A program made the translations under genes and the position numbers. A stretch of DNA of 64,000 bases from Gammaproteobacteria bacterium. GTDB lineage: Bacteria > Pseudomonadota > Gammaproteobacteria > Eutrophobiales > Eutrophobiaceae. How positions within the stretch are numbered: the stretch's first letter is position 1; the number at the start of each line of letters is the position of its first letter. The stretch covers positions 32,001 to 96,000 of the forward strand of contig CBDCDS010000003.1 of NCBI GenBank assembly GCA_965215365.1. Reading direction: 5' to 3'. Below the pieces are notes generated by a model. It was not told the DNA's origin and did no database searches. It saw only the letters and a list, made by a program, of their open reading frames with translations. Positions 50,344 to 61,427 of the stretch are shown piece after piece.

Positions 50344-50793
50344 ATGCGTTTGACAACCAAAGGCCGGTATGCGGTGACGGCGATGCTGGACCTGGCTTTG
50401 CATGAGGGTTTCGGGCCGGTCAGTCTGGCGGATATTTCCCGGCGTCAGGGCATTTCGCTGTCGTACCTGGAACAGTTGTTCCTGCGTTTGCGCAAGCGCG
50501 GCCTGATTGCCAGCGCCAGGGGGCCGGGGGGGGGGTATCGGTTGCAACAGGCCGGCACGGATATTTCCGTGGCAGAGGTGATTCGGGCTGTGGATGAACA
50601 GGTGGATGCCACCCGTTGCGGCGGCCATCGGAACTGTCAGGCCGACCAGCCCTGCCTGACCCACGACCTGTGGGAGGAACTGAGTGAGCATATTACCGGC
50701 TTTTTGAGCGATATCAGCCTGTCCGATCTGGTGCAGCGACAGTCGGTGCAACAGGTATCGGCGCGGCAGGACCGCGTAATGCTTCGCAGGTGA
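50344..50793 (+). CDS. iscR: Rrf2-family Fe-S regulator IscR
   Basis: [25 protein letters not shown], three Cys (C..C..CLTHDLW). Confidence 0.93.
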   Translation: MRLTTKGRYAVTAMLDLALHEGFGPVSLADISRRQGISLSYLEQLFLRLRKRGLIASARGPGGGYRLQQAGTDISVAEVIRAVDEQVDATRCGGHRNCQADQPCLTHDLWEELSEHITGFLSDISLSDLVQRQSVQQVSARQDRVMLRR

Positions 50794-50801
50794 GAAAACA
50801 G

Positions 50802-51161
50802 ATGACTAACAGTGACATTGCATTAACCGAGCGCGCCGCGCAGCACGTGAAGAACTACCTGGCAAAAACTGCCGAGGGAGTCGGGCTGCGGGTCGGGGTG
50901 AAGCCCACCGGCTGCTCCGGCTACCAGTACGTGATCGAGGCCGCCCAAGTTGTGAACGAACACGATCAGGCGTTTGAGAGCCGGGGCGTCACCGTTGTCG
51001 TCGATGAGCAGAGCCTGCGCTATCTGGCCGGTACGGAACTGGATTTTGTCAAGGAGGGCCTGAACGAAGGTTTCAGGTTCCGTAACCCCAACGTCAACGA
51101 CACCTGTGGCTGTGGTGAGAGCTTCAGTATTGATGATAAGGCCGCCAGAGCTTCCCGGTAA
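50802..51161 (+). CDS. sufA: A-type Fe-S carrier (IscA/SufA)
   Basis: GCSG and CGCGESF. Confidence 0.9.
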   Translation: MTNSDIALTERAAQHVKNYLAKTAEGVGLRVGVKPTGCSGYQYVIEAAQVVNEHDQAFESRGVTVVVDEQSLRYLAGTELDFVKEGLNEGFRFRNPNVNDTCGCGESFSIDDKAARASR

Positions 51162-51184
51162 CCCGAACACAACCCGAGCAGACT

Positions 51185-52633
51185 ATGACAGACGAGACCA
51201 CCCACGTCGAAGAGCTGGTACACAAGGAATATGAACATGGTTTCGTGACGGATATCGATACCGATACCGTCGCGCCCGGCCTCAATGAAGAGGTCATCGC
51301 GCTGATATCCGCCAAGAAGGAAGAACCCGAGTGGTTGCTGGAATGGCGCTTAGCGGCGTTCCGGCGCTGGACGCGCATGGCTGAACCGGAGTGGGCGCAT
51401 GTGCATTACCCGCCCATCGACTATCAGGCCATTTCCTACTACTCGGCCCCGAAAGCCAAGACCGACGGCCCCAAAAGCCTAGACGAGGTGGACCCGAAAT
51501 TGCTGGAAACCTATGAGAAACTGGGCATTCCACTGCACGAGCAGAAAATGCTGGCGGGCGTGGCGGTGGATGCCGTATTCGACAGCGTCTCCGTGGCCAC
51601 TACCTTCAAGGAGAAGCTGGCGGACGCTGGCGTGGTCTTCTGTTCCTTCTCCGAGGCGGTGCAGAACCACCCGGAACTAGTGCGTCAATATCTGGGTAGC
51701 GTGGTGCCGGCGGCGGATAATTACTATGCGGCCCTGAATTCTGCGGTATTCACCGATGGTTCGTTCTGTTTCATCCCGAAGAACACCCGTTGCCCGCTGG
51801 AGCTATCGACTTACTTCCGCATCAACGCGGCCAACACCGGGCAGTTTGAAAGAACCCTGATCGTGGCCGAGGAAGGCAGCTATGTGAGCTATCTGGAAGG
51901 CTGCACCGCGCCCATGCGCGATGAAAATCAGTTGCATGCGGCGGTGGTGGAACTGGTCGCGCTGGATAACGCCGAGATCAAGTACTCGACCGTGCAGAAC
52001 TGGTACCCCGGCGATGAAAATGGCGTCGGCGGCATTTATAACTTCGTCACCAAGCGCGGTGATTGTCGTGGCAGTGGCTCGAAAATTTCCTGGACGCAGA
52101 TAGAAACCGGCTCCGCGATTACCTGGAAATATCCCAGTTGCATCCTGCGCGGGGACGACTCCCGTGGCGAGTTCTATTCCGTCGCAGTCACCAACAACTA
52201 CCAGCAGGCCGATACCGGCACCAAGATGATCCATCTGGGCCGCAACACCCGCAGCACCATCATCTCCAAAGGCATCTCCGCCGGCAAGGCGCAGAATGCC
52301 TACCGTGGCTTAGTCAAGATCAGCAAGGAGGCGGACCACGCCCGCAACTACACCCAGTGCGATTCCCTGCTCATGGGCGATACCTGCGGCGCCCATACCT
52401 TCCCCTACATTGAGACCGGCAATGCCAGCGCCATTGTCGAACACGAGGCCACCACATCGAAAATCAGCGATGACCAGTTATTCTACTGTCTCCAGCGCGG
52501 GATAGCTGAGGAAGACGCGGTGAACATGATCGTCAACGGTTTCTGCAAGGACGTGTTCAAGGAACTGCCCATGGAGTTTGCGGTAGAGGCGCAGAAATTG
52601 CTGAATATCACCCTGGAAGGAGCAGTAGGATAA
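51185..52633 (+). CDS. sufB: Fe-S assembly protein SufB
   Basis: [34 protein letters not shown]. Confidence 0.98.
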   Translation: MTDETTHVEELVHKEYEHGFVTDIDTDTVAPGLNEEVIALISAKKEEPEWLLEWRLAAFRRWTRMAEPEWAHVHYPPIDYQAISYYSAPKAKTDGPKSLDEVDPKLLETYEKLGIPLHEQKMLAGVAVDAVFDSVSVATTFKEKLADAGVVFCSFSEAVQNHPELVRQYLGSVVPAADNYYAALNSAVFTDGSFCFIPKNTRCPLELSTYFRINAANTGQFERTLIVAEEGSYVSYLEGCTAPMRDENQLHAAVVELVALDNAEIKYSTVQNWYPGDENGVGGIYNFVTKRGDCRGSGSKISWTQIETGSAITWKYPSCILRGDDSRGEFYSVAVTNNYQQADTGTKMIHLGRNTRSTIISKGISAGKAQNAYRGLVKISKEADHARNYTQCDSLLMGDTCGAHTFPYIETGNASAIVEHEATTSKISDDQLFYCLQRGIAEEDAVNMIVNGFCKDVFKELPMEFAVEAQKLLNITLEGAVG

Positions 52634-53388
52634 TGCTGACAATTAAAAATTTACAGGTCAGGGTCGAAAGCAAGCAGATCCTCAAAGGGCTGAACCTGTC
52701 GGTCAACGCCGGCGAGGTACATGCCATCATGGGCCCCAACGGTTCGGGCAAGAGCACCCTAGCCGGCATCCTGGCCGGACGTAGCGGTTATGAGGTCACT
52801 GCCGGTTCCATTGAGTACGACGGGCGCGACCTGTTTGAGCTATCACCGGAAGCACGCGCCCGGGAAGGGATTTTCCTGGCCTTCCAGTATCCGGTGGAAA
52901 TTCCCGGCGTGAACAACATCTACCTGCTCAAGGCGGCGCTGAACGCGATCCGCGCGCACCGGGGCGAGGAACCCTTGGACGCAGTGGAGTTCCTGCAGGT
53001 GGTTAAGCAGAAAATGCAACTGGTGAAGATGGATGAGAGCCTGCTCAACCGCTCCGTGAACGAGGGCTTCTCCGGCGGTGAGAAAAAACGCAACGAGATT
53101 TTCCAGATGGCAGTGCTGGAACCGCGCCTGGCGGTTCTGGATGAAACTGATTCGGGCCTGGATATCGACGCCTTGAAAGTTGTTGCCGAGGGCGTTAATA
53201 CCCTGCATAGCGAGTCCCGCGCCATTGTGCTGGTCACCCACTATCAGCGCTTGCTGGACTATATCGTGCCCGATTATGTGCATGTGCTCTACGACGGCAG
53301 GATCATCAGGTCGGGCCCGCGCGAGTTGGCCCTGGAACTCGAAGAAAAAGGCTACGACTGGGTCAGGCAGGAGGCCAAGGCCGCATGA
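52633..53388 (+). CDS. sufC: Fe-S assembly ATPase SufC
   Basis: MGPNGSGKST, FSGGEKKRNE, LDETDSGLDID. Confidence 0.98.
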   Translation: MLTIKNLQVRVESKQILKGLNLSVNAGEVHAIMGPNGSGKSTLAGILAGRSGYEVTAGSIEYDGRDLFELSPEARAREGIFLAFQYPVEIPGVNNIYLLKAALNAIRAHRGEEPLDAVEFLQVVKQKMQLVKMDESLLNRSVNEGFSGGEKKRNEIFQMAVLEPRLAVLDETDSGLDIDALKVVAEGVNTLHSESRAIVLVTHYQRLLDYIVPDYVHVLYDGRIIRSGPRELALELEEKGYDWVRQEAKAA

Positions 53389-54719
53389 GCGTAGCAGCCG
53401 TCAGTCACTATCTGCAGGAATACGAGCGCTTCCGGGCCTCCCGGTCGGTAGCGGCGGGCAGGCGCCAACGCACGCAGGCGCTGGAATTTCTGCAAACCCA
53501 CGGTTTCCCCACGCGCAGGATGGAGCAGTGGAAATACACCGACGTCACCCCTATTACCAGGAGAAAATTCACGCTTGGGGATGCCACGACCGCCAACCCG
53601 GAGGCCACGCGGGTGGACGACTGGCGCATCAGGCAACTCGATTGCTACGAACTGGTATTTATTAACGGCCACTTTTCCATGCAGTTGTCGCGCGTCCCGG
53701 CACTGCCTGCCGGCGCCACCGTGGGCGCGCTGCAAACGAATGCCGAGCACAACGCCGCCCTGGCGCAACGTTATTTTGGCGATGAGAACATAGAACAGGC
53801 ATTTACCGCCCTGAACACCGCATTTCTGCACGATGGCGTACTGGTGCACCTGTCGGCGGGCACAGAGCTTGCACACCCGCTGCATATCATCTATTTCAGT
53901 ACCGAAGGGTACAACGACGGCGCACCGCACATGTCACACCCTCGCAACCTGATTGTGCTGGAACGTCACGCCGCCGCCAGCATCATCGAAACCTACGCCG
54001 GCATCCCGGACGCGGAATATTTTACCAACACCCACACCAGCATCCGGGCGCAGGCCGGCGCCCGTCTGGACTACTACAAGATCCAGCAGGAAAGCCAGCG
54101 CGCCTACCATGTCGGCAATACTCGCATCCGGCAGGACGCCGACAGCCGGGTTGACTGCCATGCCCTGACCCTGGGCGCCAGGCTGGCGCGCTGGGACATC
54201 GATGTGGACCTGAACGAACCCGGCGCCGAGGTGATGCTCAACGGCTTGTACCTGGGCAATAACAGCCAGCACCTCGACAACCATACCGTGGTGCGGCACA
54301 AACAACCGCACACCACCAGCCGCGAACACTACCGGGGCATCATGGACGGGCGCGCCCGGGCCGTGTTCAACGGCAAGGTCATCGTGCATGAACAGGCGCA
54401 GAAAACCGAAGCGCACCAGTCCAATGCCAACCTGCTGCTGTCCGACGCGGCGGAGGTGGATACCAAGCCGGAGCTGGAGATCTACGCAGACGATGTGAAG
54501 TGCAGTCACGGCGCCACAGTGGGGCAACTGGATGAGAATATGCTGTTCTACCTGCGCTCCCGGGCCGTGAACGAAGACACGGCGCGCAGCCTGCTGACCT
54601 ATGCGTTCGCCGACGAGATCGTGCGCGACATCCGCTTCCCGGAAATACGCGCGCGGCTGGAACAAGGCATTGCCGGCGAGTTGCCCGATACCGACGTCAT
54701 CAAGGAGTTTATGCAATGA
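53385..54719 (+). CDS. sufD: Fe-S assembly protein SufD
   Basis: E.WKYT, KPELEIYADDVKCSHGAT. Confidence 0.96.
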   Translation: MSVAAVSHYLQEYERFRASRSVAAGRRQRTQALEFLQTHGFPTRRMEQWKYTDVTPITRRKFTLGDATTANPEATRVDDWRIRQLDCYELVFINGHFSMQLSRVPALPAGATVGALQTNAEHNAALAQRYFGDENIEQAFTALNTAFLHDGVLVHLSAGTELAHPLHIIYFSTEGYNDGAPHMSHPRNLIVLERHAAASIIETYAGIPDAEYFTNTHTSIRAQAGARLDYYKIQQESQRAYHVGNTRIRQDADSRVDCHALTLGARLARWDIDVDLNEPGAEVMLNGLYLGNNSQHLDNHTVVRHKQPHTTSREHYRGIMDGRARAVFNGKVIVHEQAQKTEAHQSNANLLLSDAAEVDTKPELEIYADDVKCSHGATVGQLDENMLFYLRSRAVNEDTARSLLTYAFADEIVRDIRFPEIRARLEQGIAGELPDTDVIKEFMQ

Positions 54720-55960
54720 CGACCGCGGCGCCGAACGGCGCAGCTTTCCCGGTGCAGCGCTATCGGGCAGACTTCCCGGTGCTGGCGCGGCGCGTGCATG
54801 ATAAGCCACTGGTCTATCTTGACAACGCCGCCACCGCACAAAAACCGCGCCAGGTCATGGAGACGCTGGATGAATACTACCGGGATTACAATGCCAACAT
54901 CCACCGCGGCGTGCATACCTTGAGCGAACAGGCGACGGCCGCCTACGAGGCGGCTCGCAAGAAGATACAGACCTTCATCAACGCTGCGTCCCACCAGGAA
55001 ATTATCTTCGTGCGCGGCGCCACGGAAGCCATCAATCTGGTTGCGCAAAGCTACGGCAGGAGCCGCCTCGGCGCCGGCGCTGAGATCATCGTCTCCGAGA
55101 TGGAGCACCATTCCAATATTGTCCCCTGGCAATTGCTGTGCGAGCAGACCGGCGCCACGCTGCAAGTCATCCCCATCAATGACGCCGGCGAACTCGACCT
55201 GGACGCATACAAAAATCTGCTCGGTGATAACACCCGCATCGTCGCCATCGGCCATATCTCCAATGCCTTAGGCAGCGTCAACCCGGTGACGGAGCTCACC
55301 GCCCTGGCGCATGCCGCGGGCGCGGTAGTACTGCTCGACGGTGCCCAGGCCGCGCCTCATACCAGCCTGGACATGGCCGCGCTGGATTGTGACTTCTACG
55401 CCTTCTCGGGTCATAAACTGTTCGGGCCTACGGGCATCGGCGTGCTGTACGGGAAACAGGCATTGCTGGAAGCCATGCCGCCCTACCACGGTGGCGGCGA
55501 CATGATCAAGATGGTCTCTTTCAAAAAAACTCTGTACAACGACCTGCCCTACAAGTTTGAAGCGGGCACGCCGTACATCGCCGGCGTCATCGGCCTGGGC
55601 GCGGCGGTGGACTACGTCAGCGCTATCGGCATGGACCGAATCCGGGCTTATGAAGACGAACTGCTGCGCTACGCCACTGCGGCGGCAGCCGCTATTCCGG
55701 GGCTGACCCTGATCGGCACGGCCGCGCACAAAGCCGGCATCCTGTCGTTCGTGCTGGACGGGATCCATCCCCACGACCTCGGCACCATCCTCGATCATGA
55801 CGGCATCGCCATCCGCGCCGGGCACCACTGCGCCATGCCGGTGATGGAGCGCTACCGCGTCCCCGCCACCGCCCGCGCCTCGTTTGCCTTTTACAATACC
55901 CGGGAGGAAGTGGACCAACTCATTGCCGGTATCGACAAAGCCAAAGCTATTTTCAACTAG
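54716..55960 (+). CDS. sufS: Group II cysteine desulfurase SufS
   Basis: YLDNAATAQKP, SGHK, RAGHHCA. Confidence 0.96.
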   Translation: MTTAAPNGAAFPVQRYRADFPVLARRVHDKPLVYLDNAATAQKPRQVMETLDEYYRDYNANIHRGVHTLSEQATAAYEAARKKIQTFINAASHQEIIFVRGATEAINLVAQSYGRSRLGAGAEIIVSEMEHHSNIVPWQLLCEQTGATLQVIPINDAGELDLDAYKNLLGDNTRIVAIGHISNALGSVNPVTELTALAHAAGAVVLLDGAQAAPHTSLDMAALDCDFYAFSGHKLFGPTGIGVLYGKQALLEAMPPYHGGGDMIKMVSFKKTLYNDLPYKFEAGTPYIAGVIGLGAAVDYVSAIGMDRIRAYEDELLRYATAAAAAIPGLTLIGTAAHKAGILSFVLDGIHPHDLGTILDHDGIAIRAGHHCAMPVMERYRVPATARASFAFYNTREEVDQLIAGIDKAKAIFN

Positions 55961-55971
55961 TACCGACGCTC

Positions 55972-56421
55972 ATGTTTGATGTCAAAGATTTATACCAGGA
56001 AGTGATCGTCGATCACAATCGCAACCCCAGGAATTTCGGCAAGCTGGACCCGGCTGACAAAACCCTGGAGGGCTTCAACCCGCTCTGCGGCGACCGCCTG
56101 ACACTATACCTGAACATGGATGGAGAGCGCATCTCCGAGGTCGGTTTTGATGGCCACGGCTGCGCCATCTCCATGGCCTCGGCCTCGCTGATGACAGAGG
56201 GCGTCAAGGGTAAATCGATGTCGGAAGCCGAGGCCATTTTCAACAATTTTCACAAGCTGTTGACCGACAGTTCCGCGGCGCTGGAGCTGGAGCGGATGGG
56301 CAAACTGGCGGTCCTGGCAGGGGTGCGCGATTACCCCAGCCGGGTGAAATGCGCGACCTTGTGTTGGCACACCTTGAAAGCCCTGCTCGACGGCGCCGGC
56401 GAACCCGTATCCACGGAATAA
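55972..56421 (+). CDS. sufU: SUF-system NifU-like protein SufU
   Basis: NPLCGD, GCAIS.AS.S, RVKCATL.WH. Confidence 0.93.
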   Translation: MFDVKDLYQEVIVDHNRNPRNFGKLDPADKTLEGFNPLCGDRLTLYLNMDGERISEVGFDGHGCAISMASASLMTEGVKGKSMSEAEAIFNNFHKLLTDSSAALELERMGKLAVLAGVRDYPSRVKCATLCWHTLKALLDGAGEPVSTE

Positions 56422-56437
56422 GGCCGACGCAGCAGCC

Positions 56438-56989
56438 ATGTACACCAACGACCCGGTTACCGTATTGCGCGAGTGCGATGCCATACTCATTCCCACGGGC
56501 ATGCCCATCACCCTGCCCGAGGGCAGTCTGGTGTTCATTACCCAGGCGCTGGGGGGCAACTACACGGTAAACATCAACGGCAATCTGGCCCAGGTCGGGC
56601 CCAAGGACGCCGACGCTTTGGGATTCGACCCTGCCGACTATCTCAATCTGGACTTAGAACCCAACGCCGATGGCTCTGTGAATGAAGAACATGTATGGGA
56701 ACAGATGCGTACCTGTTACGACCCGGAGATCCCGATCAACATCGTCGAACTCGGCCTGGTGTATGACTGTCGCATCACTCGCACGGATCACGACGAAAAC
56801 CAGGTGGAGGTGCTGATGACCCTGACCGCGCCGGCTTGCGGCATGGGCGATTTCCTGGCCGCCGATGTGCAGAGCAAGGTTGCCATGGCCCCCAACGTTG
56901 ACCAGGTCAAGGTCGAACTGACCTTCGACCCCCCCTGGAGCCCGGAGCTGATGAGTGACGCGGCGCGGCTGGAAACCGGCTTGATGTAA
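56438..56989 (+). CDS. sufT: Fe-S assembly protein SufT (DUF59)
   Basis: TQALGG, DPEIP.NIV.LGLVY, TLTAPACGMG, FDPPW. Confidence 0.92.
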   Translation: MYTNDPVTVLRECDAILIPTGMPITLPEGSLVFITQALGGNYTVNINGNLAQVGPKDADALGFDPADYLNLDLEPNADGSVNEEHVWEQMRTCYDPEIPINIVELGLVYDCRITRTDHDENQVEVLMTLTAPACGMGDFLAADVQSKVAMAPNVDQVKVELTFDPPWSPELMSDAARLETGLM

Positions 56990-57044
56990 CGCAACCGCTA
57001 CCTTGCTGTGCTATACTCGTCGCGGTTAAATCGGAGGTAAGGCA

Positions 57045-57227
57045 ATGAAAGATCAAAATGAAACAAAGCTTGGCACTGGAACGCTCGAAGAACAGAGACA
57101 AGAATTTTTGGATCGTATAAATCACCACCTTTCGGATGATTTGAAGCAATCCATCGATATCGCCTTTAAGTTATCAAAAAAGGAAATTCCCGCTCCAAAC
57201 CTGACATTTACAAATGGCAGAGCGTAA
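57045..57227 (+). CDS. Small hypothetical protein (60 aa)
   Basis: Strong GGAGGT RBS; ends 9 nt before the methyltransferase ORF. Confidence 0.5.
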   Translation: MKDQNETKLGTGTLEEQRQEFLDRINHHLSDDLKQSIDIAFKLSKKEIPAPNLTFTNGRA

Positions 57228-57236
57228 TTAAAAGTC

Positions 57237-58106
57237 ATGAGTTCCTCACAGAACTTTATGTTGAACTCGCTGCCTCGATCAAATTTAAGCAATTCTCCTT
57301 TCAGGTATCCGGGCGGGAAGTTCTACGCGCGCAAAATTATATTGAATGAAATACCGGAACATAACTTCTATTGCGAACCCTTTGCCGGTGGCGCAAGTAT
57401 CTTTTTTGCAAAAAAGTGTGGATGTCCTGCATGGCTGAATGATTTGGATGACGACGTAATCAATACATTTATCCAGATTAGAGACAGAGTTGAGGATTTA
57501 ATCAGTCATTTAACAGACTTAAACGCAACAAAGGATAACCATAGCTATTACAAAAATATCTACCAGCCTGCTAACGAAATACAACGCGCCTTTCGCTGGT
57601 ATTATCTGAATAGGACCTCCTACTCAGGGATTATGAAGCCAGAGAACTGCTATTGGGGATATGGTGAAAAGTACTCAATGAAACCCGAAAACTGGCCCCC
57701 ACACTTGCGGACTGTATCGGACAAGCTGCAAGGGGTAACACTCACGTCTTGGGACTTCGAGCGCGTTATTGACAGACTGCCTGATGATGCTTTCGCTTTT
57801 ATTGACCCCCCATACTACAACGCGGATCAGAAAAAATTTTATAACTGCAGTTTTGATATTGAAGACCATTTACGATTGAAAAATTGTATTCATAGAAACT
57901 CTGAGAGAGTTAAATTCCTGCTGACTTATGACGATCACTCAGATATACATAAATTTTACAGTTGGGCTGAATCAAGGGAAGCAAAGCAGTGGAACTACAC
58001 AATTAACAGGACGGATGATCAAAAAAGCGGGATGAAACTGGTTAATGGACACAAGGGAACACGGGGACTTGGCAGCGAACTTTTTATAAGAAATTATCAT
58101 GCCTGA
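57237..58106 (+). CDS. Dam/D12-class N6-adenine DNA methyltransferase
   Basis: SPFRYPGGK, EPFAGGAS, NDLD, FIDPPYY (alpha-class order). Confidence 0.93.
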   Translation: MSSSQNFMLNSLPRSNLSNSPFRYPGGKFYARKIILNEIPEHNFYCEPFAGGASIFFAKKCGCPAWLNDLDDDVINTFIQIRDRVEDLISHLTDLNATKDNHSYYKNIYQPANEIQRAFRWYYLNRTSYSGIMKPENCYWGYGEKYSMKPENWPPHLRTVSDKLQGVTLTSWDFERVIDRLPDDAFAFIDPPYYNADQKKFYNCSFDIEDHLRLKNCIHRNSERVKFLLTYDDHSDIHKFYSWAESREAKQWNYTINRTDDQKSGMKLVNGHKGTRGLGSELFIRNYHA

Positions 58107-58818
58107 ATTGTCCGAAGAAGCACTTCGCGTATACAACAGCATCACGGAGTACTGCGAAACCTATAACATCCCCAAGGAACATTTGTTGGATATTCTTGAA
58201 GATCAGAAGGTCATTCCCATGATACGCGGCAAAGCAACAGAATATATTGGAGCGCTGGTATTGAGACGTACACTTGATTCAAGGGATTGGCTTGTTGAAA
58301 AGCTGAACCTTAATCCGCAGCCTGGCATATACGATGAGGACATCAGCGTAACATTCAAGCGTACTGGAAAGCGATTAAAAGCAGAAACCAAGTCAGCAGT
58401 GCGCGGATCTTTCCGGGTCAGAACCAAAAAAACGCCACAGCCGCATTTCAAAGTTAAATCACATAAGTCAAGAAGCCATCTGACGAAGGAAACAAATGAC
58501 AGGTATTTTGTCGATGACTTTGACATCATGATCAGCAATGTTTCCAACGCCATATTTCGAGGCAAATCTCTGGACCGGGGGTTGCCGTTAATTGAGGATG
58601 AAAAAATGGTTAAATGGCTTAAAGAGCATTATGGAGTTGGTACTGACTGTGAAGTGCGGCGCTGCGCCTATGATGACTGGCGAATTTGTTTACCGAAATC
58701 CATAGCCTGTGATGACGGCACCATCCCAAGAACACCAATCGTCCTCATGCAAAATGATCCCAACTGGTTCGGGATGGATGAACTGGCGGACAGGCTCAGG
58801 TCATTGATAACCGGATGA
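58099..58818 (+). CDS. Putative type II restriction endonuclease
   Basis: Overlaps the MTase; GK.tE...D(x)n..ETK PD-(D/E)xK-like pattern. Confidence 0.68.
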   Translation: MPELSEEALRVYNSITEYCETYNIPKEHLLDILEDQKVIPMIRGKATEYIGALVLRRTLDSRDWLVEKLNLNPQPGIYDEDISVTFKRTGKRLKAETKSAVRGSFRVRTKKTPQPHFKVKSHKSRSHLTKETNDRYFVDDFDIMISNVSNAIFRGKSLDRGLPLIEDEKMVKWLKEHYGVGTDCEVRRCAYDDWRICLPKSIACDDGTIPRTPIVLMQNDPNWFGMDELADRLRSLITG

Positions 58819-58842
58819 GTTCAAAACCATATTAATATAAAG

Positions 58843-59283
58843 ATGTCTATCGAACAAACCTTGTCTATTATTAAACCCGATGCGGTAGCCGGGAACCTTA
58901 TTGGCGCGATCTACCAGCGTTTTGAGAACGCCGGATTGAAAATCGTTGCAGCCAAAATGCTGCATCTCGACGCCGCGCGCGCCGCGGAATTTTACGCAGT
59001 GCACCAGGAGCGGCCGTTCTTTCGGGAACTGGTGGACTTCATGGTGTCCGGCCCCATCATGGTGCAGGTGCTGGAAGGTGAAGACGCCATTGCCAAAAAC
59101 CGCGCCCTGATGGGAGCAACGTTTCCCAAAGACGCCGAACCCGGCACTGTGCGCGCGGACTTCTGCGCTGGCGACGGCGATCAGGGCGAGAATGCGGTGC
59201 ATGGCTCGGACGGGCCGGATACTGCGCAGCATGAAATCCGGTTCTTTTTCCAGGCCGAGGAAATCTGCCCGCGCACCCGCTGA
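58843..59283 (+). CDS. ndk: Nucleoside diphosphate kinase
   Basis: [17 protein letters not shown]. Confidence 0.98.
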   Translation: MSIEQTLSIIKPDAVAGNLIGAIYQRFENAGLKIVAAKMLHLDAARAAEFYAVHQERPFFRELVDFMVSGPIMVQVLEGEDAIAKNRALMGATFPKDAEPGTVRADFCAGDGDQGENAVHGSDGPDTAQHEIRFFFQAEEICPRTR

Positions 59284-59303
59284 ACATGGCAATATCGGGT
59301 TGA

Positions 59304-60404
59304 ATGAGGGCTAGCGTGGCAAGCGTACCGGGTATCAACCTGTTTAACCTCAATCAGGCCGCCATGCGGGATTATTTCACTGGCATGGAGGAACAGGCAT
59401 TTCGCGCAGCGCAGGTGATGAAGTGGGTCTATCACCAGGGGGTGACCGACTTCTCTGATATGACCAACCTGAGCAAAGCCCTGCGCGCGCGCCTTACCGA
59501 TACCGCTTATTCGGCCCTGCCGCACATCCTCTCCGAGCAGGTGTCGGCGGACGGCACGCGTAAATGGCTGCTGCAGGTGGACGGCAACAATGCCATAGAG
59601 ACGGTGTTCATCCCGGAAACCAGCCGTGGCACCTTGTGCATCTCATCGCAGGCAGGTTGCGCGCTGAATTGCACCTTCTGCGCCACCGGCAAACAGGGGT
59701 ATAACCGTAATCTCAGCGTGGCGGAAATTATCGGTCAGGTGTGGCTGGCCAACCAACAACTGGGGCATTTCCCCGGGCGCAAGCGTATCATCACCAATAT
59801 TGTGCTAATGGGTATGGGCGAGCCGTTGCTTAATTTTGACAACGTCGTCAACGCACTAGAACTGATCACCGACGACCTCGGCTTTGGCCTGGCCAATAAG
59901 CGCGTCACGCTGAGCACCGCCGGCATTGTGCCGGGCATTATCAAACTGTCCCGGCGCAGCCGCATCAGTCTGGCGGTATCATTGCATGCGGCCAATGACA
60001 AGCTCCGCGACCAACTGGTTCCCATCAACCGCTGCTACCCGCTCAAGCAACTGCTGGCCGCTTGCCGCCGCTACAGCGAAGCCACGGGCGGGGAGCCGGT
60101 CACGTTCGAATATGTCCTGCTGCGCGGTGTCAACGATGCCGTTGCGGACGCCCGGCAGTTGACGCGCGTGTTGCAAGGATTGCCGGCCAAGGTCAACCTC
60201 CTTATTTTTAATCCGTTCCCCGGTGCCGCGTTTGCGCGCGCCAGTATGGAGACCACAGACAGGTTTCGGGATATTCTGGTACAATCCGGGATCATTACCA
60301 TTACCCGTAAAACCCGCGGTGACGATATTGATGCAGCATGTGGTCAACTGGTCGGGCGCGTACAGGCACGCGCCCGCAACAGGCAACAGCGTCATGCGGG
60401 CTAA
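59304..60404 (+). CDS. rlmN: 23S rRNA/tRNA m2A methyltransferase RlmN
   Basis: [30 protein letters not shown]. Confidence 0.97.
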   Translation: MRASVASVPGINLFNLNQAAMRDYFTGMEEQAFRAAQVMKWVYHQGVTDFSDMTNLSKALRARLTDTAYSALPHILSEQVSADGTRKWLLQVDGNNAIETVFIPETSRGTLCISSQAGCALNCTFCATGKQGYNRNLSVAEIIGQVWLANQQLGHFPGRKRIITNIVLMGMGEPLLNFDNVVNALELITDDLGFGLANKRVTLSTAGIVPGIIKLSRRSRISLAVSLHAANDKLRDQLVPINRCYPLKQLLAACRRYSEATGGEPVTFEYVLLRGVNDAVADARQLTRVLQGLPAKVNLLIFNPFPGAAFARASMETTDRFRDILVQSGIITITRKTRGDDIDAACGQLVGRVQARARNRQQRHAG

Positions 60405-60457
60405 TACTCTTTGGTCCCGCTGAATATGGCAATATCAGAGTGAAAGAGCGCCAACCC

Positions 60458-61408
60458 ATGTCAGATCAAAAAGATACGGAATCAGGGCCTTCCCCCGGCG
60501 CCTTGCTCAGGAGCCTGCGTGAAAAACAAGGACTGTCCATTGCCGACGTGTCAGCACGGATCTACCTGCAAAAAAGCATTATCGAGGCCCTGGAGCAGGA
60601 TGATTATGACAACCTGCCCATCCAGGCCTATATTTACGGCTACTTGCAGAGTTATGCCAAATTTTTGAATGTGCCGCCTGAGCAAGTTCTGTCCCTGTAC
60701 AAGCAGGAAGCCGTGTATGAACAGCCGGAACAACTGCCCGAGGCGCCGGTTGTGCCACCACCGGTAAAGCAGGAGGCAAACTGGTGGTTGCGCGTAATGA
60801 TTTACCTGTTCCTGTTCGTGCTGGTGTTGGGGTCATTGGCCCTGTGGTACAAGCGCGACCTGCTGTTGCCCCTGCAGCCGGAACTCCAATCTGAACTTCA
60901 ACCTGAGTTGCCACCCGAGCCAGCTCCCGGACCGCCTCCGGTCTCAGGCGAATTGGACTACCCCATCACCATTGTCGAACACCCGCAAGACCCGTTCTTC
61001 CGGGCGCCGAACACGGAAAATGCAGAGTCAGAACCGGCGGATGTCGTGGGGCCGCTTGTGCCCCGGCAACGGACGCCGGCGACGAGTGCGGATGAACAGA
61101 ACGAGAATATACTTGGCCCCGGTTCGTTGGCAGTATCAACGATAACCACCGGCAACGGTCCGGACCGGGTCACAATGGTGGTGAGCGTCGATTGCTGGAT
61201 CGAGGTTTTCGATGCCGACAATGAAAAAGTATATTACGATCTGGCGCGCGCCGGTCAAACACTGCAATTAAACGGTGTCGCGCCATTCTCCGTCCTGCTT
61301 GGCAATGCGAACGCGGCGACCATTGCGTTCAATAACGAGCCGTTCGACTTCAGCTCGTACATAACAGGCATCGGTATCGCCCGCTTCGTGCTGGGTGAAG
61401 AGCAATAG
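60458..61408 (+). CDS. rodZ: Cytoskeleton protein RodZ (HTH, TM, DUF4115)
   Basis: PG.LL...RE..GLS, GY..SYAK.L, TM helix, WIEV.D...LGNA. Confidence 0.88.
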   Translation: MSDQKDTESGPSPGALLRSLREKQGLSIADVSARIYLQKSIIEALEQDDYDNLPIQAYIYGYLQSYAKFLNVPPEQVLSLYKQEAVYEQPEQLPEAPVVPPPVKQEANWWLRVMIYLFLFVLVLGSLALWYKRDLLLPLQPELQSELQPELPPEPAPGPPPVSGELDYPITIVEHPQDPFFRAPNTENAESEPADVVGPLVPRQRTPATSADEQNENILGPGSLAVSTITTGNGPDRVTMVVSVDCWIEVFDADNEKVYYDLARAGQTLQLNGVAPFSVLLGNANAATIAFNNEPFDFSSYITGIGIARFVLGEEQ

Positions 61409-61427
61409 TCCTCGGGTTAACCTCCTC

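Noticed and set aside
50344-56989. IscR with SUF and SufU as a novelty
   Set aside because: This arrangement is known in several gammaproteobacterial lineages.
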